Origin: an uncultured Alphaproteobacteria bacterium
Lineage (GTDB): Bacteria; Pseudomonadota; Alphaproteobacteria; Rhizobiales; Xanthobacteraceae
Reading direction: 5' to 3'
NCBI GenBank assembly: GCA_963734185.1
Contig: CAVTGA010000001.1
Coordinates: 386,711 to 450,710 of the forward strand
DNA length: 64,000 nt
Every line of letters starts with the position of its first letter. Position 1 is the stretch's first letter. Below, piece by piece: positions 22,650 through 31,424 of this stretch. A program made the position numbers and the translations under genes. The notes beneath the pieces were generated by a model. That model was given only the letters and a program-made list of their open reading frames with translations. It made no database searches and was not told where the DNA came from.

Positions 22650-24314
22650 GTGCCGCGGCGATCGATCCTCTACCTCGCTCTGCTGAGTGCGTTGATCTTC
22701 GCCGGAGCGGCGCATTCCCAGTTTCCCGTCGACGCGATCCTGACTGACGGCAAGGTCGTCACCTTCAATTCCGCCCCGGCCGAGGCGCTGGCCGTGCGCG
22801 ACGGCCGCATCGCCGCGATCGGGCGCAGCGCCGACATCCGCGCGCTGGCGGGTCCGGCGACGCGGGTGATCGATCTTGCCGGCCGCACCGTCATTCCCGG
22901 ACTGATCAACTCGCATATCCACGCGATCCGCGCCGGCCTCACCTATGCGACCGAGGTGCACTGGATCGGGGCGCGGACACTTGCCGAGGCGCTCGATCGT
23001 ATCCGCGCGGCGGCCAGAATCGCCCCGAAGGGCGCCTGGCTGGTGGTGGCGGGAGGCTGGGTGGAAACGCAATTCGCCGAGCGGCGCCGCCCGACTCGGG
23101 CCGAGATCGCGGCGGCGGCGCCCGAGCATCACGTCTATGTGCAGATGCTCTACAGCGCGGTGCTGCTCACCGCCGGCGGCATCGAGGCGCTCGGGATCTC
23201 GGGCGACGCCGCGCTCGCCTCGCGCCTCAGCATCGAGACCGGCGCGGACGGCACGCCGACCGGCTGGATCACGGCCGACAACCGCACCATCAGCGAGTTG
23301 TTCGACCGGCTGCCGCGACCGACCTTCGAACAGGAGCTCGCCGGCACGCGCGCGTTCTTCCGCACCCTCAACAGCCTTGGCATCACCGGCGTGCTCGATC
23401 CGGGCGGCTACAATCTCCCGCTCCAGGCCTATCGGGCCGTGTTTCACGTCCAATATCAAGGCGCCCCCGCCATCCGGGTGGTCTACAGCCTATGTGCACC
23501 GCGACGCGACCATGAGCTTGAGGACTTCCACGACCTGATGCCGCCGATGTCTTTCGGCAACACGTGGCTGCGCTTCAACGGCATCGGCGAGAACGTCACC
23601 TGGGGCATGTACAACAACGATGCGCCGACCGAGGCGCAGAAGGAGCAGCTCTATCAGGTGCTGCGGCAGGTGGTGTGGAAGCGCCAGACCGCGACCTTCC
23701 ACTGGAACAACGATCGCTCGGTGCATCATCTGCTCGAAGTGCTGGAGCGCGTGAACGCCGAGGCGCCGATCGCGCCTCTGCGCTGGTCGATCGCGCATCT
23801 CAACGATGCGTCGCTCGCGAGCCTCACGCGCATGAAAGCACTCGGTGTCGGCTGGCTGATGCAGAACGCATTCTATTTCCGCGGCGAGGCCTTCCTCGGT
23901 CAGCAGGGGAGGGAGGCGGTGCGGCTTGCGCCACCGATCGCGACCGCGCTGCGGATGGGGTTACGGGTCGGCGGCGGCACCGATGCGCACCGGGTCATGT
24001 CCTACAACCCGTTCGTCTCGCTGCAATGGATGCTCGACGGCAAGACCGTCGGCGGGGTGGCGATGCGCGCACCCGAAGAGACGCCGACGCGGCTCGAGGC
24101 GCTGCGCCTCTACAGCGAGGGCAGCGCGTGGTTCGCGCATGACGAGGCCAGCCGCGGCGCGCTCGCGGTCGGCAAGCTGGCCGATCTCGCCGTGTTGACC
24201 GCGGACTATCTCACCGTTCCGGTCGGTGAGATCGGCAGCATCCGTTCGCTGTTCACCATGGTCGGAGGGAGGGTGGTGTACGCGGACGGGCCCTACGCGG
24301 CACTTCAGGAATAA
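22650..24314 (+). CDS. secreted metal-dependent amidohydrolase (amidohydrolase-3 type)
   Basis: A GTG start gives a signal peptide (RRSILYLALLSALIFAGAAHS). Metal-binding motifs GLINSHIH and …VGGGTDAH… are present. Confidence 0.65.
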   Translation: MPRRSILYLALLSALIFAGAAHSQFPVDAILTDGKVVTFNSAPAEALAVRDGRIAAIGRSADIRALAGPATRVIDLAGRTVIPGLINSHIHAIRAGLTYATEVHWIGARTLAEALDRIRAAARIAPKGAWLVVAGGWVETQFAERRRPTRAEIAAAAPEHHVYVQMLYSAVLLTAGGIEALGISGDAALASRLSIETGADGTPTGWITADNRTISELFDRLPRPTFEQELAGTRAFFRTLNSLGITGVLDPGGYNLPLQAYRAVFHVQYQGAPAIRVVYSLCAPRRDHELEDFHDLMPPMSFGNTWLRFNGIGENVTWGMYNNDAPTEAQKEQLYQVLRQVVWKRQTATFHWNNDRSVHHLLEVLERVNAEAPIAPLRWSIAHLNDASLASLTRMKALGVGWLMQNAFYFRGEAFLGQQGREAVRLAPPIATALRMGLRVGGGTDAHRVMSYNPFVSLQWMLDGKTVGGVAMRAPEETPTRLEALRLYSEGSAWFAHDEASRGALAVGKLADLAVLTADYLTVPVGEIGSIRSLFTMVGGRVVYADGPYAALQE

Positions 24315-24383
24315 GGCCGGCACACCCTGCTCAACAGCAAGGCGATCCGGCCCCTTGCAATCCGGGAAGTCTTATCTATAATA

Positions 24384-24401
24384 TGACTGACCAGTCAGTC
24401 A
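24384..24401. promoter_or_regulatory. palindromic operator TGACTGAC-CA-GTCAGTCA upstream of tetR
   Basis: Near-perfect 18-bp palindrome lying in an AT-rich promoter (ctataatatgactgaccagtcagtcaataatg), 20 bp upstream of the TetR start. Confidence 0.6.
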
Positions 24402-24420
24402 ATAATGAGCGAGCCCCGCA

Positions 24421-25101
24421 ATGTCCCGCTCCGCTGCGAAACCTGCTGCTCGCGCGCCATCCCATCCTGCCCAACCGGCCCCCGGCCGCGCGCAGAAGCA
24501 AGACCGCGCGCAGAAGAGCGCGGCGCGGCGCGAAGCGATCCTCGCCGCGGCGCTCGATGAATTCTCGGCACGCGGTTACGAGGGCGCGCGGCTCGACGAC
24601 GTGGCGCGCCGCGCCGGCGTCGCCAAGGGCACCATCTACCTGCACTTCCGCGACAAGGAGGCGTTGTTCCAGGAACTGGTGCGCTCGGTGCTCAACCCGT
24701 TGGTGGCGGCGCTGGAAGCGGTGCCGCAGGCCGATCTGCCGGTGCGCGTGACGGTCGAGCGCATCACCGACCTGTTCGTGCGCGAGGTCTACGGCACGCG
24801 GCGCAAGGATGTGATCCGCCTGATCCTCAACGAGGGCCCGCGCTTTCCCGCGCTCGCCGAGTTCTACTATCGCGAGGTGGTGGCGCGCATCCTCGCCGCG
24901 ATCCGCGGCCTGATGCGGCGCGCGATCGCGCGCGGCGAGCTCACGAGCGACGTGTTCATCCGTTTCCCGCAGCTGCTGGTCGCGCCCGGCATCGTCGCGA
25001 TCCTGTGGAACAGCCTGTTCCACGCGCACGAGCCGCTCGACGTCGCGGCGCTGATGCGCGCGCACGTGGAGCTCCTGTTCGGCGGAGGAAAGGCCAAATG
25101 A
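24421..25101 (+). CDS. TetR/AcrR-family transcriptional regulator
   Basis: TetR HTH sequence (ILAAALDEFSARGYEGARLDDVARRAGVAKGTIYLHFRDKEALF). Confidence 0.8.
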   Translation: MSRSAAKPAARAPSHPAQPAPGRAQKQDRAQKSAARREAILAAALDEFSARGYEGARLDDVARRAGVAKGTIYLHFRDKEALFQELVRSVLNPLVAALEAVPQADLPVRVTVERITDLFVREVYGTRRKDVIRLILNEGPRFPALAEFYYREVVARILAAIRGLMRRAIARGELTSDVFIRFPQLLVAPGIVAILWNSLFHAHEPLDVAALMRAHVELLFGGGKAK

Positions 25102-26045
25102 CCCGCGCGCTCGCGGCCGCGTTCCTGCTGGCGCTTGCCGCCTGCGGCGGCAACGACGGCCGCCTGCAGGGCTGGGTCGAGGGCGATTTCGTGTTCGTCG
25201 GGCCCGACGAGGCCGGCCGGGTCGAGACGCTCGCCGTGCGCGAAGGCGACGCGGTCGAGCGCGGCGCGACGCTGTTCGCGGTCGACACCGACTTGCAGAC
25301 CGCCGACGTGCATACCGCGTCGGCGCAGGTTGCAGAAGCTCGAGCGCGCCTTGCGCGCCTTGAGTCGGCGCAGCAGCGCCGCGAAGAGGTGGCGGTGCTG
25401 GAAGCGCAGGAGAAGCGCGCCGAATCGGCGGTCGCGCTCTCCAGCGCCGAGCTCGACCGCCAGCAGACCTTGGCGAGCCGAGGCTTCGCCGCGCAGGCGC
25501 AACTCGACATCGCCAAGGCGAATTCGGCGCGCGACAAAGCCGCGCTCGAGGAGGTGCGCCGGCAGATCACGGTCGCGCGCATGGCTTCGCGCGAGGAGGA
25601 CATCGCGGCGGCGCGCCAGTCGCTCGCGGCGGCCGAAGCCCGGCGCAGCGCGGCCGAGACCAAGCTCGCGCGGCGCAAGCTGGTGTCGCCGGTCGGGGGC
25701 ATCGTGCAGCAGGTCTATTACCGGCCGGGCGAGATGGTGCCGGCGGCACGGCCGGTCGTGTCGTTATTGCCGCCCGGCAACATCAAGGTGCGCTTCTTTG
25801 TCCCTGAGACCGCGCTGGCCAAGGTCGCGCTCGGCGACGACGTGACGGTCGCTTGCGACGGGTGCGGCGAGCCGATCCCGGCGCGCGTCAGCTTCATCGC
25901 GCGCACGGCCGAGTTCACGCCGCCGGTGATCTACTCGCTCGAGGAGCGCGCCAAGCTCGTGTTCATGGTCGAGGCGCGCACCGAGCGCGTCGAGAGGCTG
26001 CGCGTCGGGCAACCGGTGAACGTGAAGCTCGCGGACAAGAAATGA
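25098..26045 (+). CDS. HlyD-family membrane fusion protein
   Basis: Lipoprotein-like N-terminus, coiled-coil region and a β-barrel C-terminus. It overlaps the tetR stop. Confidence 0.75.
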   Translation: MTRALAAAFLLALAACGGNDGRLQGWVEGDFVFVGPDEAGRVETLAVREGDAVERGATLFAVDTDLQTADVHTASAQVAEARARLARLESAQQRREEVAVLEAQEKRAESAVALSSAELDRQQTLASRGFAAQAQLDIAKANSARDKAALEEVRRQITVARMASREEDIAAARQSLAAAEARRSAAETKLARRKLVSPVGGIVQQVYYRPGEMVPAARPVVSLLPPGNIKVRFFVPETALAKVALGDDVTVACDGCGEPIPARVSFIARTAEFTPPVIYSLEERAKLVFMVEARTERVERLRVGQPVNVKLADKK

Positions 26046-26971
26046 CCTCCCCCGACATCGCCATCGAAGTCGAGGGCCTGACCAAATCGTTCGGCGGCCG
26101 CACCGTGGTGCGCGATCTCTCGATGCGCGTGCGGCGCGGCACGATCTACGGCTTCCTCGGGCCGAACGGGTCGGGCAAGACCACCACCATCCGCATGCTG
26201 TGCGGCCTGCTCACGCCCGATGCCGGGCGCGGCACCTGCCTCGGCTACGACATCCGCACCGAGGCCGACAAGATCAAGGTGCATGTCGGCTACATGACGC
26301 AGCGCTTCAGCCTGTATCAGGATCTCTCGGTGCGCGAGAACCTGGAGTTCGTGGCGCGTGTCTACGGGCTCGGCGATCCGCAGGGCGCCGCGACCGCCAT
26401 GGTCGCGCGGCTCGGCCTCGACGGCCGCGAAGATCAACTCGCAGGCTCGCTTTCCGGCGGCTGGAAACAGCGGCTCGCGCTCGGCGCCTGCACCTTGCCG
26501 AGTCCGCAGCTGCTCCTGCTCGACGAGCCGACCGCGGGCGTCGATCCCAAGGCGCGGCGCGAGTTCTGGGCCGAGATCCATGCGCTCGCCCATGAGGGGC
26601 TGACCGTGCTGGTGTCGACCCATTACATGGACGAGGCCGAGCGCTGTCACGAGATCGCCTACATCGCCTACGGCGAGCTGCTCACGCATGGAACGGTCGA
26701 CGAGGTGGTGCGCGGCTCCGGCCTTCTCACCTATGACGTAAGCGGCGAAGGGCTGGCGCAACTCGGCGAGAAGCTGGAGCGGACGCCGGGCGTCGACATG
26801 GTGGCGCCGTTCGGCACCAGTCTGCACGTGTCGGGCCGTAACCGTGCCGCGCTCGATGCGGCGATTGCGCCCTACCGCGACGATCCCGCGCTCGCCTGGT
26901 CGACGGCCGAGCCTTCGCTCGAGGACGTGTTCATCGACCTGATGAGCCGCGCGCGGGACAATTTCCAATGA
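26042..26971 (+). CDS. ABC transporter ATP-binding protein
   Basis: Walker A (GPNGSGKTT), signature (LSGGWKQR) and Walker B (LLLDEP) motifs. Confidence 0.85.
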   Translation: MTSPDIAIEVEGLTKSFGGRTVVRDLSMRVRRGTIYGFLGPNGSGKTTTIRMLCGLLTPDAGRGTCLGYDIRTEADKIKVHVGYMTQRFSLYQDLSVRENLEFVARVYGLGDPQGAATAMVARLGLDGREDQLAGSLSGGWKQRLALGACTLPSPQLLLLDEPTAGVDPKARREFWAEIHALAHEGLTVLVSTHYMDEAERCHEIAYIAYGELLTHGTVDEVVRGSGLLTYDVSGEGLAQLGEKLERTPGVDMVAPFGTSLHVSGRNRAALDAAIAPYRDDPALAWSTAEPSLEDVFIDLMSRARDNFQ

Positions 26972-28143
26972 GCGCGACCCCACCCAACCCTCCCCCGCTT
27001 GCGCGGGAGGGAAAGGGAGGGGGCCGCTTCGGCTTCTTGCGCCGCGCCGGCGCCATGCTGCGCAAGGAGTTCCTGCAGCTGCGGCGCGACCGCATCACGT
27101 TCGCCACCATGATCTCGCTGCCGCTGATGCAACTGATTCTGTTCGGCTACGCCATCAACACCACGCCGCGCGACATGCCGACCGCGGTGCTGCTGCAGGA
27201 ATCGAGCGACGTCGGGCGTTCGATCCTCGCGGCGTTGCAGAACACCAAGTACTTCAAGGTGACGCACCAGGTGCGCGACACGGCGACGTTCGACCGCCTC
27301 CTGGCCTCGGGCCAGGTGCTGTTCGCAATCGAGATCCCGGCCAATTTCGAGCGCGCGCTGCGCCGCGGCGACAGGCCGGCGCTGCTGGTCGCGGCCGACG
27401 CCACCGATCCGGTCGCGACCGGCTCGGCCATGGGCGCGCTGACCCAGATCGTGCAGACCGCGCTGGCGCACGACCGCGCGCTGCCCGAAGCGGGCGCGCC
27501 GCTGTTCGAGATCCGCGCGCATGCGCGCTACAATCCCGGAGCCATCAGCCAGCTCAACATCGTGCCCGGCCTGCTCGGCACCATCCTCACCCTCACCATG
27601 CTGATATTCACCGCGCTCTCGGTCACGCGCGAGACCGAGCGCGGCACCATGGAGAGCCTCTTGGCGATGCCGATCTCGCCGCTCGAGATCATGCTCGGCA
27701 AGATCGCGCCCTACGTGCTGGTCGGCTTCCTCCAGGCGACCCTGATCCTGATCGCCGGCGTGCTGCTGTTCGGCGTGCCGGTGCTCGGAAACCTCGCGGT
27801 GCTGGCGCTGCTGACCACGCTGTTCATCGCGACAAACCTGTCGTTCGGCTACACGTTCTCGACCATCGCGCAGAACCAGCTGCAGGCGATCCAAATGGCG
27901 ATGATGTTCTTCCTGCCGAACCTGTTGCTCTCCGGCTTCGCGTTCCCCTTCCTCGGAATGCCGGTGTGGGCGCAGTGGATCGGCGAAGCGCTGCCGCTCA
28001 CCCACTTCATCCGTATCGTGCGCGCGATCATGCTGAAAGGCTCGAGCATCGCAGACCTGCAATACGACACCATCGTGCTGCTCGGCCTGATGCTGTTTGC
28101 GATGACGGTCGCGGTGACGCGGTTCAGGCGGACGCTCGATTGA
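26968..28143 (+). CDS. ABC-2 family transporter permease
   Basis: 391-aa protein with six helices of ABC-2 type, translationally coupled to the ATPase gene. Confidence 0.8.
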   Translation: MSATPPNPPPLAREGKGGGRFGFLRRAGAMLRKEFLQLRRDRITFATMISLPLMQLILFGYAINTTPRDMPTAVLLQESSDVGRSILAALQNTKYFKVTHQVRDTATFDRLLASGQVLFAIEIPANFERALRRGDRPALLVAADATDPVATGSAMGALTQIVQTALAHDRALPEAGAPLFEIRAHARYNPGAISQLNIVPGLLGTILTLTMLIFTALSVTRETERGTMESLLAMPISPLEIMLGKIAPYVLVGFLQATLILIAGVLLFGVPVLGNLAVLALLTTLFIATNLSFGYTFSTIAQNQLQAIQMAMMFFLPNLLLSGFAFPFLGMPVWAQWIGEALPLTHFIRIVRAIMLKGSSIADLQYDTIVLLGLMLFAMTVAVTRFRRTLD

Positions 28144-28149
28144 AGCCAC

Positions 28150-28878
28150 TCACCGCCGCAGGATCACGCCGAACCGCGCATAGGCGCCCGAACGCCGGTC
28201 GCTGTCCGTCACGAAGCCGGCACCGAGCGACCATTCGGTGTTGCCGGTCTTCAGCGCTGTGATGTGCGCGCCGATGCGGTATTGCTGATAGGTCCCGTCG
28301 CCGCAGAGAAGCCCCTCGGGGCCGATCCAGACATCGAACATGCGGCGGCCGGCGGCGGCGCGCAGCCAATGGCTTCCGCCCACCGTGGATGCCGACAGCG
28401 AGGCGGTGATCATGGTCGCGGGCAGGGGCTCGGACCAGAGATCGAACCCGCCGCGCACGCCGATATGGCGTCCGCGCAACGCATTGCCGGGATCGTCCGG
28501 GAGCAAGCGATGCCATTGCAGATCCGGCCCGGCGAACACCGTGATCTCGAAGGTCTCACGCTTGAAGCGCCAACCGGCCATCAGCGCGACCAGCACCTGC
28601 CGGCCGGTGATCTCCTCGCCGTCCGAGTGGTAGCGGTAGAAGCCGCCGCCGGTGAGCAGCTTGAGCCGGAAGCCTTCGGACTCGAGGCCGTACGGCGCCC
28701 ATAGCCCGCCGGCATGGGCGAAATAGCCGTTCCGCCACCCATCGGCGCCGCTGAAATACATGAAATGCTTAGGCTTTTCGACGTCATCGGAAGGCTCGGC
28801 GAGCGCCGGCTCGATGCCACAAGCCGCCATGTCCGCGGCCAAGACGGCCGCGGCGACACATGCCACGACGCAACGCAT
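28150..28878 (-). CDS. BcsS-like outer-membrane β-barrel protein
   Basis: Signal peptide from MRCVVACVAAAVLAA, a Gly/aromatic-rich β-strand pattern and a C-terminal aromatic residue. Confidence 0.5.
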   Translation of the reverse strand: MRCVVACVAAAVLAADMAACGIEPALAEPSDDVEKPKHFMYFSGADGWRNGYFAHAGGLWAPYGLESEGFRLKLLTGGGFYRYHSDGEEITGRQVLVALMAGWRFKRETFEITVFAGPDLQWHRLLPDDPGNALRGRHIGVRGGFDLWSEPLPATMITASLSASTVGGSHWLRAAAGRRMFDVWIGPEGLLCGDGTYQQYRIGAHITALKTGNTEWSLGAGFVTDSDRRSGAYARFGVILRR

Positions 28879-29016
28879 GGAACGCCTCAACCGTAGCCAG
28901 GAGACCGCCGCATCCAACTGTAAGTTACAGTACAACCTACCGGGTTGTCCACCCTGCTGTGCACGGGGCGAATTGGGAGATGCCGGCCGGCCACGCTATA
29001 GAAGTCGCGGCGGACC

Positions 29017-30291
29017 GTGCCGCCGAAGATTCCCGGGATTGCAATGACCGAAACTCATTCCCAGGCCGCCCTGGACGAAGGGGCCCGCCGCCGCGCCATC
29101 GGCTTCCTCAACTGGGCGCATTTCCTCGACCACTACGTCATCCTGATCTTCCCCACCGTGGTGATCGGGCTCGAAGCGGTCTACGGGCGCTCCTACGGCG
29201 ACCTGATCGTGCTTTCGACCGCTGCCTTCACGGCCTTCGGCCTGTTCGCGCTGCCCTCCGGCTGGCTCGCCGACAATTGGAGCCGGCGCAACATGATCGC
29301 GATCTACTTCTTCGGCACCGGCATCTGTTGCGTGCTGGTCGGTCTGTCGCAAAGCTTCGAGGCCTTGGCGATCGCGCTGTTCGGTGTCGGCGTGTTCGCG
29401 GCGATCTATCACCCCGTGGGCACGCCGATGGTGGTCGACACGGCGATCGTGCGCGGGCGCACCATGGCGTTCAACGGCATCTGCGGCAACGTCGGCGTCT
29501 CGATCGCGAGCGGATGCACGGCGGCGATCGCGTCGTGGCTCGGCTGGCGCTACGCGTTCTTCATTCCGGCCGCGGTCTTCATCGCGTCCGGCTTCGCCTA
29601 TCTCAAGTTCGTCCCCGACGACGGACGCAAGCGCGTCGTGCAGGCGCCCGACCAGGACGTGGCGCTGAGCTGGTCGCTCACCATCGCGGTGGTGGCGCTG
29701 TTCCTGTTGCTGGCGTTCTGGGTCGGGCTGGTGTTCAACGCCATCACCATCATGCTGCCCAAGCTGGTGGAGCAGCGGGTGACGACCGGCATCTCGCTGA
29801 CCGCGGTCGGCGTGCTCGCGACCGCGGTGTTCCTGTGCGGCGGGCTGGCGCAGTTCTCCATGGGCCGCGCGGTCGAGCGCGTGGTGCCGCACCTGATCAT
29901 GTCGTTCATCGCGGCGATCCAGGTTGTCGGCCTGCTGCTCGCCTACACCACCAGCGGCTGGTGGCTGCTGCCGAGCCTGGCGCTCGCGGTCGCGGCGATC
30001 TACGGGCAGGTGACGGTCAACGACATCGTGCTCGCCCGCTATGCGCCGCCGGTCTGGCGCGGACGCATCTACGCGCTGCGCTTCTTCCTCATCTTCACCA
30101 TGGCGGGGCCGGCGGCCTGGGGCATCGGCCGGCTTTACGAGCAGGGCGGGTTCGACGCCGTGCTCGGCTTGGGCATCGTGATCGCGATCGCGGGCGCGCT
30201 CAACACGTTCGCGATCAGCGCGCTCGTGACCGGCGTCGAGGGCCGGCGCGCGCGCGCCGCCGCGCGCACGGTCGTGCAGCCGGCGGAATAG
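29017..30291 (+). CDS. MFS transporter
   Basis: Twelve predicted helices. The alternative start at 29044 (MTETHS) is possible. Confidence 0.7.
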   Translation: MPPKIPGIAMTETHSQAALDEGARRRAIGFLNWAHFLDHYVILIFPTVVIGLEAVYGRSYGDLIVLSTAAFTAFGLFALPSGWLADNWSRRNMIAIYFFGTGICCVLVGLSQSFEALAIALFGVGVFAAIYHPVGTPMVVDTAIVRGRTMAFNGICGNVGVSIASGCTAAIASWLGWRYAFFIPAAVFIASGFAYLKFVPDDGRKRVVQAPDQDVALSWSLTIAVVALFLLLAFWVGLVFNAITIMLPKLVEQRVTTGISLTAVGVLATAVFLCGGLAQFSMGRAVERVVPHLIMSFIAAIQVVGLLLAYTTSGWWLLPSLALAVAAIYGQVTVNDIVLARYAPPVWRGRIYALRFFLIFTMAGPAAWGIGRLYEQGGFDAVLGLGIVIAIAGALNTFAISALVTGVEGRRARAAARTVVQPAE

Positions 30292-30293
30292 CT

Positions 30294-30746
30294 TCACAAC
30301 AATGGCGGGATGAGATTCTCGATCCGCGCGCCGGTGCGCGCCGCGACGATCTCGGCGATGCGCTTGCGATGGCAGTGGCCGACGTCGCGCTCGTAACACA
30401 AGAGGCAGACCGCACGGCCCGACCGCACCAGCGCGGTCAACTCATCGAGCTGTTCCTGCGCGTCGGGATTTTTCAGGTGTGCCTGGTAAATGCGGAACAG
30501 CCGCGGCAGGTCGCCGCCGCGTGCCGCATCGCGGCCTTGCTTCGGCGTGCCGAGCTTTTGCAGATGCAGGTAGGCGATGTCGATCTGGTCGAGCCCGGCG
30601 GCGAGCTGCCGCTTGGAGAAGCCCGGCCGGCGCGAAGCCGCGACCGCGCGCGTGTCGACCAGGAGCTCCACCCCGGCGCGCGTGAGCTCGTTGAGCACGG
30701 CAGCGGACGTCGCCTGCTGGTAACCGATGGTGAAGAGGATGGACAT
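30294..30746 (-). CDS. DUF488-family protein
   Basis: The N-terminal MSILFTIGYQQ… and the C-terminal CLLCYERDVGHCHRKRIAE are typical of DUF488. Confidence 0.7.
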   Translation of the reverse strand: MSILFTIGYQQATSAAVLNELTRAGVELLVDTRAVAASRRPGFSKRQLAAGLDQIDIAYLHLQKLGTPKQGRDAARGGDLPRLFRIYQAHLKNPDAQEQLDELTALVRSGRAVCLLCYERDVGHCHRKRIAEIVAARTGARIENLIPPLL

Positions 30747-30999
30747 GCGACGGACTTAATCTCGGCGCGACGAACAATAAAGGGCCATAATGCGTGTTCG
30801 CCGCGACACACTGACGGCCGCAACGCAGCGAGGCCGCGAGAAAACTCTTGCGCGGAATTCCCGTTTCGATCATAAGCCGCGTCCTTCGCTTCGGCCTTGT
30901 GTCCGGGTTCTGAGCCTCGGCTGGCGCGAGCCGCTCTGCGGTTTCGTGTTCCGCTGAAACGAAGGGTGATTGTTGCCATCCAGGCAAACGATCTCACTG

Positions 31000-31073
31000 C
31001 GAGGATAGCTCAGTGGTAGAGCAGATGATTTGTGATCATCCTGTCGAGGGTTCAAATCCCTCTCCAACGCTCC
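31000..31073 (+). tRNA. tRNA-Thr(TGT)-like sequence with a non-complementary acceptor stem (probable pseudogene or remnant)
   Basis: Canonical D-arm TAGCTCAGTGGTAGAGCA, anticodon arm gatga-tttGTGa-tcatc (reading positions 34-36 as the anticodon gives TGT, Thr), and T-arm gagggTTCAAATccctc are all intact. The 5' acceptor strand is gcgagga and the 3' strand is tccaacg, so only 3 of 7 base pairs can form. No CCA is encoded. Confidence 0.45.
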
Positions 31074-31424
31074 GGTTCGGCCTGAAAAACCGTACCATCA
31101 GCCTGATAAGCTGATTACCCGATGAAGGGGACCGGACGCGCGCTTCAGTCGCGGTCCGGCCGTTCTGCCGCAAGGCGTTTCGTTCGAACCAAGACACCGT
31201 GAGACCGGCCTGCGCCGGGGCGGATACCGCCCGCGCGTGACGCCGGGTCGCCGTTCGCACTCCGCGCTCGCGCGCGGTGACGCGGACGCGCGTGCCCGAT
31301 CGTCGCGAGCGAGCTCAAGCCCCGGCCCGCCGCATCTGACGGGGAGCCGCGTCCGGAACCCATGTCCTCGATACCGAAGCCAGGCCGCGCGGTCAGATCG
31401 CGCGGCCGACGAAGGAGACGTGAC

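Noticed and set aside
31131-31161. Possible terminator hairpin after the tRNA-like sequence
   Set aside because: The arms (gaccggacgcg and cgcggtccggc) are not properly complementary, so the stem is too imperfect to call.
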